64,000 bases of DNA from an uncultured cyanobacterium (GTDB lineage: Bacteria > Cyanobacteriota > Cyanobacteriia > Cyanobacteriales > CAWCAG01), in NCBI GenBank assembly GCA_963793425.1, contig CAWCAG010000007.1, positions 800,001 to 864,000 on the forward strand, in the 5' to 3' direction. The position numbers and the translations under genes are program-made. The notes under the pieces were generated by a model that saw nothing but the letters and a program-made list of their open reading frames with translations, did not search any database and had not been told where the DNA came from. Shown here piece by piece: positions 10,055 to 19,700 of this stretch. Each line of letters starts with the position of its first letter. The first letter of the stretch is position 1.

Positions 10055-11209
10055 CTAGACCTTAATAGCTTTTAGCAATTGCTCAATCTCTTCGGGTAAA
10101 GTGAAATAGTGAACGCAGGCACGAATACAATCAGGATCAGCAATGGTTCGGAGTAAGAAACCTTGCTTTTCTAAGTCTTGAACAAATTTTTGATGGGAGT
10201 TGTTTTCTGTTAATTGGAAAGAAACTAAACCTGCTTGTGGAGGTTTGGTACGCAAACATTTTACTCCTTTTATTTGCTTTAATTCTTCCCAAAGATACTT
10301 ACTTAACTGGCAAATTTTTTCATAGCGTTTTTGGGCAGTTCCCCAGGTAGAATGAATCGCGATCGCCTCTTGTAAACCAAGATATTGAGGATAAGCAGAT
10401 GTGGCCACTTCATAACGCTGCCCGTCCTTTTTCCAGCCGGTGGGTTGTCCTCTTTGGTTAACCTCTACCCCTCGCCAACCAATAAAGGTAGGATGAAGAC
10501 TAGACTGGGTTTCTGGACGTACATAAAGCCCTCCTACTCCCTGGGGTCCACAAAGCCATTTATGCCCTGTAAAAGCATAGAAATCTGCTTCTAACTCCGT
10601 TAAGTTTAAGGGTAAACAACCGACAGATTGAGCCGCATCTACTAAAACTCTAACGGGTTTTTCTCCTAAATAGTTATGGCAAACCTGAACAATTTCTTTT
10701 AAAGGTACAACCTGCCCTATATTCCATAACAAATGGCTGAGTACAACTAACCTGGTTTTTGGGGTTAAATACTGGGCAATTACTTCTGTGGGGTTTCCTT
10801 CATTTAGGGTTTCCATGAGGGGAAAAACAACCATTTCTACCCCAAAACGGCGACAAATTTCCTGTACCGTGGCAATCACCCCAGGATGTTCACAATCGCT
10901 TATGATGATGCGATCTCCTGGTTGCCACTCCATACCCCAAAGGGCAATATTGCAACCTGCTGTCACATTTTCAGTGATAGTAATTGCCTCTGTCGGAGAA
11001 TTTAATTCAGCGGCGATCGCTACTCTAGTGGCAGCTACTTGTTCTTTGATCCAACCATTAATGCCAACACCAAAAGGCCCTTCCTTGTCAATATATTCAT
11101 AACCTTGGATAATTGCCTGAAAAGCTGTTTGGGGCAAAGGCCCTTGCCCACCAAAATTAAAGTAAACTTTATTAGCAAGGGCTGGGAAGTTTTCTCGGTA
11201 CTTTTGCAT
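10055..11209 (-). CDS. PLP-dependent class V aminotransferase / cyst(e)ine C-S lyase-like
   Basis: YFNFGGQGP, VDAAQSVG, FTGHKWLCGP. Confidence 0.85.
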   Translation of the reverse strand: MQKYRENFPALANKVYFNFGGQGPLPQTAFQAIIQGYEYIDKEGPFGVGINGWIKEQVAATRVAIAAELNSPTEAITITENVTAGCNIALWGMEWQPGDRIIISDCEHPGVIATVQEICRRFGVEMVVFPLMETLNEGNPTEVIAQYLTPKTRLVVLSHLLWNIGQVVPLKEIVQVCHNYLGEKPVRVLVDAAQSVGCLPLNLTELEADFYAFTGHKWLCGPQGVGGLYVRPETQSSLHPTFIGWRGVEVNQRGQPTGWKKDGQRYEVATSAYPQYLGLQEAIAIHSTWGTAQKRYEKICQLSKYLWEELKQIKGVKCLRTKPPQAGLVSFQLTENNSHQKFVQDLEKQGFLLRTIADPDCIRACVHYFTLPEEIEQLLKAIKV

Positions 11210-11290
11210 TACAAAGTTGAGTAATCAGTAATCAGTAACAATATTATGGCAAAGCAACTTTCTCTACTACCGCTATCCCCAATTCCTTAA

Positions 11291-12538
11291 ATGCCACCAC
11301 TCCCCCTCACCTTAACTGTCATACTCGCTTTCTATGTCGCTTGGAATTTAGGTGCTAATGATGTTGCCAATTCCATGGGAACTTCCGTTGGTTCCAAAGC
11401 CCTGACTTTAACCCAAGCTATTATTGTTGCTGGGGTGCTAGAGTTTTCTGGGGCAGTGCTTTTTGGGCAGAAAGTTTCTTCTACCTTAGCCACAGAAGTA
11501 GCTAATCCTCAACTCTTTGCTGAAAACCCCCAAGTGCTTTTGTTGGGTATGGTTTCTGTTTTAATCGCCGTAGGAACTTGGCTACAAATTGCTACTAGTA
11601 AAGGTTTACCCGTCGCTACTTCCCATGCTGTGGTGGGTGCGATCGCTGGGTTTAGTTGGTTGGCAGTGGGAGTAGATGCTATAGCTTGGGGAAGTATCGG
11701 CATTATTAGTCTGGCTTGGGTGATTACTCCGGTGATTAGCGGTATTGTTGCTGCTTTGTTTTACAGCATAATTAAGCAAGGAATCCTAGATCGCGATGAT
11801 TCTTTAGCTGCCCTAGAAGAATGGATTCCTTGGTTAAGTGCAATTCTCTTAACAGTGTTTGGTGTGATTGTTTTGCCTAGTCTGTTCGATCAACCTCTAT
11901 TTACCTCCCTTTCCTTACCCACCCACGACTTCTCTTTAGCAATAGGGGCAATAGCAGCAGTGGGGCTAAGTTTCTTTAGCTGGGGCAGTTTAGCTAAATT
12001 GCGAGTTAAGGGGCAGGAAAACTTAGTGGAAAAGCAACTGGGGAAATTTCAGGTTTTGAGTGCTTGTTTTGTGGCCTTTGCCCATGGCTCTAATGATGTA
12101 GGCAATGCGATCGCACCTTTAGCGGCGATCGCCTATATTTTTAAAACAAATACTGTTCCCATCAATAACTTAGATGTACCGGAATGGATTCTTATTTTGG
12201 GTGGCTTAGGTATTGTTGCTGGGCTAGCAGTACAGGGCAAAAAGGTTATTAGTACTGTAGGAGAAGACATCATCCCCTTACAACCAAGTAGCGGTTTTTG
12301 TGCTGAGATTGCCACGGCTGCTACTATTTTAGTAGCTTCTCGCTTCGGTTTACCTGTATCTACTTCCCATGCCCTGGTTGGTGGTGTTGTTGGTATCGGT
12401 CTATTACAAAACTGGCGTAAAGTTCGCTTCCAAACTCTCAAGTCTGTAGCTTTTGCTTGGTTATTCACCCTTCCTTTTGCCGGTATTTTAGCAGCTATTT
12501 GCTTTGTGATTTTGCGCTATTTCTTCTTACCAAATTAG
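11291..12538 (+). CDS. PiT-family inorganic phosphate transporter
   Basis: GANDVAN and GSNDVGN signature repeats; PVSTSH. Confidence 0.92.
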   Translation: MPPLPLTLTVILAFYVAWNLGANDVANSMGTSVGSKALTLTQAIIVAGVLEFSGAVLFGQKVSSTLATEVANPQLFAENPQVLLLGMVSVLIAVGTWLQIATSKGLPVATSHAVVGAIAGFSWLAVGVDAIAWGSIGIISLAWVITPVISGIVAALFYSIIKQGILDRDDSLAALEEWIPWLSAILLTVFGVIVLPSLFDQPLFTSLSLPTHDFSLAIGAIAAVGLSFFSWGSLAKLRVKGQENLVEKQLGKFQVLSACFVAFAHGSNDVGNAIAPLAAIAYIFKTNTVPINNLDVPEWILILGGLGIVAGLAVQGKKVISTVGEDIIPLQPSSGFCAEIATAATILVASRFGLPVSTSHALVGGVVGIGLLQNWRKVRFQTLKSVAFAWLFTLPFAGILAAICFVILRYFFLPN

Positions 12539-12586
12539 GCTTCATCTATAAACTTGCTAATTCAAACTCTTAGTTAAACAAAATAA

Positions 12587-12907
12587 ATGACTGCAACAAC
12601 TGCCAAACAGTCCGATTTAATTACTTCTGGATTTCATGCTCTCTCCGAACCAATTAGAATCCGAGTATTAGAACTATTACGAGAAAGGGAACTCTGTGTT
12701 TGCGAGTTGTGCGAAATTATGGATATTTCCCAGTCTAAACTTTCTTTCCATCTTAAAACCCTCAAAGAAGCTGCTTTAGTTCGCCCTCGCCAAGAAGGAA
12801 GATGGATTTACTATAGCCTCAACCTCCCTCAGTTAGTTGCTTTAGAGCAGTATTTAGCTGATTATCGCCGTTTAGCAGTTATGTTACCAGCTAAAACTTG
12901 TTGTTAA
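12587..12907 (+). CDS. ArsR/SmtB-family transcriptional repressor
   Basis: ELCVCEL metal-binding motif, SQSKLSFHLKTL helix, C-terminal CC. Confidence 0.9.
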   Translation: MTATTAKQSDLITSGFHALSEPIRIRVLELLRERELCVCELCEIMDISQSKLSFHLKTLKEAALVRPRQEGRWIYYSLNLPQLVALEQYLADYRRLAVMLPAKTCC

Positions 12908-13134
12908 TTGTTAACTAAGCTTTGTGTGACTTTTTTGAAGTCTTGAGAAAAATAAATTTGTGATTCAAGTATATTCTCTCGTGAAAAATTAGATGCAGTT
13001 TTTATAGTCAAATGTAGGAATTAAATTAAGGGAGCTTATACAAACTATAAAACTCTAAAATAGAGAGTATTTGTTACTAGTAACCTTTTTGTTTATACGT
13101 TGAACCTGTAGAATCTAATCAAAACGCCGTAGAA

Positions 13135-13638
13135 GTGGAGGGCATTCGCTTTGAAACTATAGTACCAGAGCAAATAGAGGAGGTTTCTTTTTCTGAAATA
13201 TCTGATACTAGTTCCCCAATACGAATGGGGCTTAAGATTACTAACAATACATCAGTGTCTCAGCGCTTTTGCTCAGATAGCACCTTGATTCCCACTCTTG
13301 TGGGAGCAGATGGTTTCGTAACAGGATGCAAACTTGGGGGCGGTGGCCTTGGGTGGGTTGGTATTAGGGAATCTGATTTTCATTTGGTCAGCAGTGGAGA
13401 AAGTGTAACCTTCTTTGTAAGCGTACATATTGAAAGAGAAAGGGATGGGCTGTTTAATCTCATAGTTGATGGTACGGCACGTGGCTATTGGTCACTTCCT
13501 GATTTAAAGTTGGGTATCTATCAGATTCGCTTGACATACAACTCGTCAATAGATTCATTTGGTACACCTTTGTCTGAGGATTTCTGGAGAGGTATGGTAA
13601 ATACACCTTTCGTAGAATTTTGTTTATTTAGAGCTTAG
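13135..13638 (+). CDS. Cyanobacterial hypothetical protein, possibly 5'-truncated
   Basis: Frame is open upstream to 13084 (VEPVESNQNAVEVEGIRFET) without an ATG; ends TPFVEFCL. Confidence 0.55.
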   Translation: MEGIRFETIVPEQIEEVSFSEISDTSSPIRMGLKITNNTSVSQRFCSDSTLIPTLVGADGFVTGCKLGGGGLGWVGIRESDFHLVSSGESVTFFVSVHIERERDGLFNLIVDGTARGYWSLPDLKLGIYQIRLTYNSSIDSFGTPLSEDFWRGMVNTPFVEFCLFRA

Positions 13639-13889
13639 AAGTGAAATTGTGTTCACCAAGACTATCTATCTCTAAATTTGTCATCAAGACTATTTTAGCT
13701 ATTTGAATATTAAGGTATATATTTGCGAAGTATAGTAAAGCAGAAATACTAACATTATTTCACTAAATAAATTAATTATTCGAGTAAATCCTCTGAAGGA
13801 AATTAAATCTGGTTTTTCTAGCATTATGTAGACATCGCAATTCAAGTACTCAATATTATGTAAACTGAACTATTGTTTGCTGAGGTTAT

Positions 13890-14747
13890 GTGTTTGTTAT
13901 GTTTCATTTAACTAAACTGTTTTCCCAATTTCGTTGCTTACCTGTTCCTTTGTTACTAACAGTAAGCTTTTTAGGATTAAGTAATATGCCTATCAAAGCA
14001 AATCCTGAAGAGCGTTATCAAGTCAGTGGAGATGAAGCAGGAAAAGTTACTGTTGTTGATGCTGATTCTGGAGAAGTAGTTAATACTTTTCAGATTGATG
14101 AAGGTGGAGTTATTGAAGAAACTTTTGTCTTGGATGAGGGCAAAACTATTGCTGCGGCACAAAATGAACAGACTATTTTCTGGAACTTGGAAACGGGTGA
14201 AGAAATTGGTCGTGTTCAAGGGCGAATGTACAACTTTTTTGAGGTAGACAAAAGAATTATCACCTATGCAGAAGAATTAGTACCTATTCCCCAAAGTGAA
14301 GAAACAGAGCAAGATTCCGACCAGCCAAATTTACAATCGTTTTGGACTCTGCCTACCACTTTTGCTTACAGATATCCAGAGTTAGACTCACAGTGTAAAA
14401 TGCCTATTTTTTTTGAAACAGAAAGTGATTATTTTCGTTTATCTCCAGATGGTCGCTACTTAGCTATTTCTTTGGTAGCAACCTCCAAGCCAGAAGGATG
14501 TAGAAGTTTTTAAAAGAGTTCTGCCATCTTCTGAATTATACGACCTTCAAAGCTGTAGTGAGGTCAATATTGCCGAACAGCTTGTCTCTGGACCGACTAG
14601 TCTAGGAAAGTTTTCTCTGACTCAAGATACTACCTTCTGCAAAATGTTTCTTTCCATATTGGCAACCGTGTCGCTTTAGGTGCAATCAAATTTGATTTGC
14701 AAACTGGCAAGATTGTCGAGAAAATTCCTGAGAGAATGCGGGATTAG
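13890..14747 (+). pseudogene. Exported WD40/beta-propeller-like protein with two compensating frameshifts (~14495 and ~14616)
   Basis: Signal peptide; IFWNLETGE and LSPDGRYLA. Continues in +1 frame (DVEVFKRVLPSSELYDLQ) then returns to the original frame (DSRYYLL..FDLQTGKIVEK..RD*). Could be assembly indels. Confidence 0.6.
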
Positions 14748-14794
14748 TAACGTCCTCGTAATCAGGCAATATTAGTTATAAATGTTTAGACAAA

Positions 14795-16180
14795 ATGAAA
14801 AAAGCAAAAATAGTAATAAGTTTAAGCATACTTTCTTCAATATTACAATTTAATTCTCCAGCTTTGGGAGCATCTCTCACTTCTGGATACAAAATCAGTT
14901 TCGAACCCATAGTTGAAAATAATAATGTTGGTGATTTGGTACTTGAGGTTTCTCCTTAGTCGATGAGTATGGTATACCGACAGGAGATTTTGGTATTGAG
15001 GGCGACTTTAAGTCAAGTACAAATGAATCTTATACAGATTTCTTACAAAACACTCTCAATGGAGCAATAGGTATTAACTGGTTACAAATATGGAATATAG
15101 AACCAGATTTTGCGGGTTTAGTAGATCCTCTAGTAGACCCTCCTCCTGGAGGACTTAATAATGACTGGGCAGATAACAAACCTTGGTATTGGGACGAAAG
15201 TAAACCTGATTTATCCCAAGCTACGCAGCAACCAGGGCAACGGTTTAGATTACCTAATGGAAAAATATTTCACGAAAACCAACTTCTCAATGTAAATTTA
15301 ACCCCCTCACAGAATATTTCCAATCCCACAGAGTTATCTTTTGAGGACTTTCCCGCAGCAACCAGTACTCAAGCACTAACATACAACTTCGATACATTCC
15401 TAATCGCTGAATACGCTAACAATAAATATGACATCTTTAGCAGTTTTTCTTGGAAAACCTTCGTTGACAATCAAGGGCCGAGACAAGGATTAACAGATGT
15501 TACTGAACTAACTGAAGGAGCAGTATTTACTCAAGAACATGCTGATTTAGTATCAGCATTCGGCTACCAGAAAGTAGCCAAACTCCCCACCTATAAAAAG
15601 TCCTTTAACCTGACTCCTGGTTATGCTGATGGCTTATACCGTAACGGACTCAATCCAGATACCCCTTTTCTGGCTTACATTGACAATAACCCAGATGGCA
15701 CTTTACCTAACCCCGACACTCGTTTAGGAGTATTTGATCAAGCTGACCAACTCATTTATAGTGACAATGATGATAGTCCTGTGGGAAATGGTGAAGCTTC
15801 TGGATTAGTAGGCAACATTAACAGCGATGGTACTCTTAGACTCAAAATTAGTGGTTATGATGATCACCAGTTCGTAGGTTCACAAGGAGATTGTAGTGCT
15901 GGCAGTGGCGGTGGAGGATGTACGTACTTCCAAAATGAAGCAGGAAGATATGACTTATTTGTCAAACTTAACGAAGATAATTTGTATACTTCCAACTATA
16001 ATGCCTCATCTTTATCCTGCCCCCCAAGCAAGCTTATTTTCCGCCTCTAACCTAGACTCTATTGTAGGAAGGCGTGTAATAACTTCTTCTTCCGAAAAAG
16101 TCTTTGAACCAACTTCCATACTTGCCATTGCTGCTGTAGGTTTAGGAATTGTCTGGCGAGGCAAAAAAGGTAAGCAGTGA
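14795..16180 (+). pseudogene. PEP-CTERM-like surface protein (~461 aa reconstructed) with a PPC/DVUA0089-like domain; two compensating frameshifts (~14956, ~16020)
   Basis: ATG14795 signal peptide MKKAKIVISLSILSSILQFNSPALGA; stop-free frame 14947-16050 (DTRLGVFDQADQLIYSDNDD); tail VFEPTSILAIAAVGLGIVWRGKKGKQ* in the first frame. Confidence 0.7.
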
Positions 16181-17484
16181 AACGCACCTACACCATACTC
16201 TATTGCCTTAGCATCATCCTCATCGAACCTTGGGGCAACAGTCGCGGCGATATTTGGACGCAACCGAAAATCTTAGTCCTGTTATTAATAACTCTCCTTA
16301 ATCTTTCTCTGCTTTGGGAAGAAAGGTTAAATCTCATCATCCCCCGTAACTGGAAAATAACTGCGCTTCTTTGGTCTATTTTCCTCTCCATTGGCTTACT
16401 TGCTACTCTGCAAAGTCCCTTTCCCTATACTTCTTTGTGGGGACAAGCACAAATGGGAGATGGTTGGTTATATTGGTGTTTGGTGGCTGGTTTTACTCTT
16501 AGTAATGCTTTGGTATTGAAGTTGCGACCAGAATTGCTACGCTGTCAATACTTGGGCTTGATTATTGGGGGTATTATACTTGCTGTTGCCATTTTTCCTC
16601 AAGCGATTAATTGGCAGATTGACTACACCGCTACCACAGGTCAATTGCGGCAAGATAATATTTTAGTTAGTACCATTTTTCGTAACCAGCAACCCATTGG
16701 CTTTTATTCTCATCGTGGTCATAGTGCTATTGTTTTAGCTATGGTTGCAATGAGTATTGTTTCCTTTAAAAACCAGCCAAGAGTTTTTAAAAACTTAACT
16801 TGGGTTTTTCTTTCCATGATAATTATCGCTTTAGTTTTAACGCAAACTAGGGCGGCAATTCTCGCTCTGACTATAGCTATAACCTACTGGTGTTATCAAA
16901 CGAGGAAAGCTTCACTTAGCATTACCGTCATTTGCTTGGCGTTATTATTAATAGCGGCAATCTCTTCTCAACGTCAGATTGCCCAACTGCAACAGTTTAA
17001 CTTCAACCCTGCTACCATAGCCATTAAAAATCTCTCTTCAGATCGTGTTTTACTTTGGCAACAAGCTTTACCAGCAATTAGGGAACGACCTTTGTTAGGA
17101 TGGGGCTTTGATGGTTTTGGTATTGCTTATGCTGATGGGCAAACCTCCTCCCTAGAAGCAACAATTTTGGCTTTAAATGAAGCAAGTTTTGATTATCTTG
17201 AAGCAGGTCAAATTAAAAGAAGCCCACTTCCGACTTATAAGGCACATAACCTCATTTTAGACACTACTTTATCAGTAGGAATTTTAGGAACAATAACTTA
17301 TCTTTCTCTTTTTGGATACTGTTGCTACCAAGTGAAAAATTCTTCTGGTTACGGTATGGAATCTGTGGCGATCACCTACTTTGTTTTTACCTTAACTTGG
17401 TTTGAATGCGCCCAGTTTAGCCATTTAGCTTGGTGGACGCTTTCAAACCAAATGACTATAGTTATAGCTGATTTCGACTTGTGA
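16177..17484 (+). CDS. O-antigen ligase / Wzy_C-family membrane protein (possible O-oligosaccharyltransferase)
   Basis: Many TM helices; LTQTRAA, DRVLLWQ..RPLLGWGFDGF, KAHNLILD; GTGA overlap with the upstream stop. Confidence 0.85.
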   Translation: MKRTYTILYCLSIILIEPWGNSRGDIWTQPKILVLLLITLLNLSLLWEERLNLIIPRNWKITALLWSIFLSIGLLATLQSPFPYTSLWGQAQMGDGWLYWCLVAGFTLSNALVLKLRPELLRCQYLGLIIGGIILAVAIFPQAINWQIDYTATTGQLRQDNILVSTIFRNQQPIGFYSHRGHSAIVLAMVAMSIVSFKNQPRVFKNLTWVFLSMIIIALVLTQTRAAILALTIAITYWCYQTRKASLSITVICLALLLIAAISSQRQIAQLQQFNFNPATIAIKNLSSDRVLLWQQALPAIRERPLLGWGFDGFGIAYADGQTSSLEATILALNEASFDYLEAGQIKRSPLPTYKAHNLILDTTLSVGILGTITYLSLFGYCCYQVKNSSGYGMESVAITYFVFTLTWFECAQFSHLAWWTLSNQMTIVIADFDL

Positions 17485-17543
17485 TTGTATTATTTGTAGC
17501 CTTTGTATTACACTAAAGAAATCCTCGATTCATCTTTTTTGTC

Positions 17544-19349
17544 ATGGCTACGTTTAAGCATCTGCTCCGCCCCTATCGTCCCTATCGTACCGTAGCAATC
17601 TTTAGCATTGTTGCTACTGGTATTTTAGAAATTGCTGATTTAGTTGTTCCCTACGCCATTGGTCAAATTCTTAATGTTCTTTCTCAACAGCCTATAGATA
17701 AACCGATACAGAGTCTAACTAATCTTGTTGCTAATCTTACCCCTATTCAGGAAGGAAAACTTCTCTCTTTAGGGGTTTTGTTAGGGATAATTTTCTTAAT
17801 TAATGTCGTCAAAGCCCCCATTCAACCTTGGGCTGTTAACTGGTTTCATTGGGCGATCGCCCTCAAATCTCGTCGTGATCAATCAGAAGCCGTAACAGCA
17901 AAAATCCTCAGCTTACCCTTAGAATTTTACGATGAACATAATCCTGGTCGCATTGCTGGGCGGGTAGCAAGGGGGCTAACCAATCAGACTTGGACTTATC
18001 CAGAAATTGCTGGGCAATTGCTTCCTAAATTGATATTGGTGTTTGGTATTTTTCTGCTTATTCTGTTTCTAGAATGGCGTATTGCTATTGCTTTTATTAT
18101 CTCTTTCTTGCTCATTCTTTCCCTAACTTTACGGAATTTGCGCCGTTTAATTCGTCGGGAAAAGAGTCTTGATAAATATATGGAAAGTACAGAAAGCCAT
18201 ACTTCAGAATTAATTACTAACATCAAAACTGTTAAAGCTTTTGCTACAGAAGCTGAGGAATTACAAAGGCAAAATCGCAGACTTTCTAGAGAACTTAAGG
18301 TTATTGTTGATCGTATTCATAGGGGTTATACAAAACTAGAAAGTAAACAGAAAACCTTAATTCAATTGTGTGTATTTCTCGTCCTTCTCTCTACCCTAAT
18401 TGCCACCCTGAAAGGAGAAATATCTTTAGGACATTTCGTAACTATTTTAACGGTTTCTAGTATGGCTTATGCAGAACTAGAACCGATTAGTTCCCTCGCT
18501 GAAATATTTGCCCGCCGCTATGCTTCTATGTTACGTTTTCACGATTTTATGCAGCATCCCCTTGGTGAAGATGCAGCTAGTTTAGACATAACAAAACAGC
18601 ATAGTTATCGCTTTACCGGTAAAGTGGAATTTTCTCATCTTAACTTCGGTTATGATTCCCAACGTCTAGTTCTTAAAGATATTAACTTTCTTATTGAACC
18701 CTATCAAACTATAGCTTTAGTGGGGCGTTCTGGTTCAGGAAAATCAACTTTAGTTAAGCTTTTGTTCCGTTATTTTGAGCCTAACCAAGGGCGCATTTTA
18801 ATAGATGGGGAAGATATTCGTGACCTAAACATTGCTAGCTATCGCCGTCGTTTAGCGATTGTTCACCAGGAAGTTGATGTTTTCAATGGTACTCTTTTAT
18901 CTAATCTCACTTACGGAAATCCTCACGCCACTCAAGAACAGATAGAATCCGCTTGTAAAATTGCTAGGGTAGACGAATTTATTCGTGAATTTCGAGATGG
19001 TTACTATACCGTTGTGGGAGAAAGGGGAGTACGTTTATCAGGAGGACAAAGACAGCGTTTAGGCATAGCTAGGGCTTTATTAGTTGATCCTGATGTTTTG
19101 ATTTTTGATGAAGCTACTTCCAGTTTAGATTATGAATCAGAACGTTCTATTCAACTAGCAATGAGGTCAATTTTTGGTACGCGAACAACTATTATTATTG
19201 CCCACCGTTTAAGTACAATCAGGGAAGCAGATAAAATTGTTGTTTTAGATTCAGGACGTATTGTTGAAGTAGGAAGTCATGAAGAGTTGTTGCAGAAACA
19301 AGGGCTTTATCAGCGTTTACATTATTTGCAAGAAACAAAAATGTCTTAA
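17544..19349 (+). CDS. ABC exporter, fused permease/ATPase
   Basis: N-terminal TM domain; GRSGSGKS, LSGGQRQR, IFDEATSSLD. Confidence 0.93.
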   Translation: MATFKHLLRPYRPYRTVAIFSIVATGILEIADLVVPYAIGQILNVLSQQPIDKPIQSLTNLVANLTPIQEGKLLSLGVLLGIIFLINVVKAPIQPWAVNWFHWAIALKSRRDQSEAVTAKILSLPLEFYDEHNPGRIAGRVARGLTNQTWTYPEIAGQLLPKLILVFGIFLLILFLEWRIAIAFIISFLLILSLTLRNLRRLIRREKSLDKYMESTESHTSELITNIKTVKAFATEAEELQRQNRRLSRELKVIVDRIHRGYTKLESKQKTLIQLCVFLVLLSTLIATLKGEISLGHFVTILTVSSMAYAELEPISSLAEIFARRYASMLRFHDFMQHPLGEDAASLDITKQHSYRFTGKVEFSHLNFGYDSQRLVLKDINFLIEPYQTIALVGRSGSGKSTLVKLLFRYFEPNQGRILIDGEDIRDLNIASYRRRLAIVHQEVDVFNGTLLSNLTYGNPHATQEQIESACKIARVDEFIREFRDGYYTVVGERGVRLSGGQRQRLGIARALLVDPDVLIFDEATSSLDYESERSIQLAMRSIFGTRTTIIIAHRLSTIREADKIVVLDSGRIVEVGSHEELLQKQGLYQRLHYLQETKMS

Positions 19350-19392
19350 AGCGAAGGGCTTTTGATTTTTAGATCCGAAGAAATATTATCAC

Positions 19393-19456
19393 GTAAGGGC
19401 GGGTTTTAAGTTAAATTGTGAGATTAACATTAAACTAAATAAACCCGCCCCAATAC
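19393..19456. repeat. REP/REPIN-like palindromic repeat
   Basis: GTAAGGGCGGGTTT...AAACCCGCCCC arms around an AT-rich spacer. Confidence 0.65.
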
Positions 19457-19484
19457 ACAAATTTAGCTGGGCTACGTTACTTGA

Positions 19485-19700
19485 GAGGGTAATTTGTGTT
19501 TTGACATCCTCCCCGACCTAGAAGGTACGGGGATTCCAATTTAGAACAATTCTAACTGGATAGTTGACGTTTCATAGGTTGCTGCTACAGTTGTAGTCTT
19601 ACACCTGCCTCCACGTCCGTTTCTTGCTCCGCGTTCCCTTGCGCCTTTCGGCGGCGCGGGTTCGGTGCGCTTTAAAGTCTCAGGGTGTCCCCCCGCGACT
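19485..19700 (-). ncRNA. Putative TnpB omega/reRNA (scaffold over the tnpB 3' end and right end; guide from flanking DNA)
   Basis: Inferred from known IS200/IS605 architecture; boundaries approximate. Confidence 0.45.
19620..19670 (-). repeat. 51-nt GC-rich structured insertion in tnpB (copy B)
   Basis: Removal restores ETL-NGRGG; shares CGCAAGGGAACGCG with copy A. Confidence 0.8.

Noticed and set aside
19455..19499. Self-target of the TnpB guide (ACACAAATT inverted repeat)
   Set aside because: Only a 9-nt AT-rich match and no TTAT TAM; likely chance or a local hairpin.
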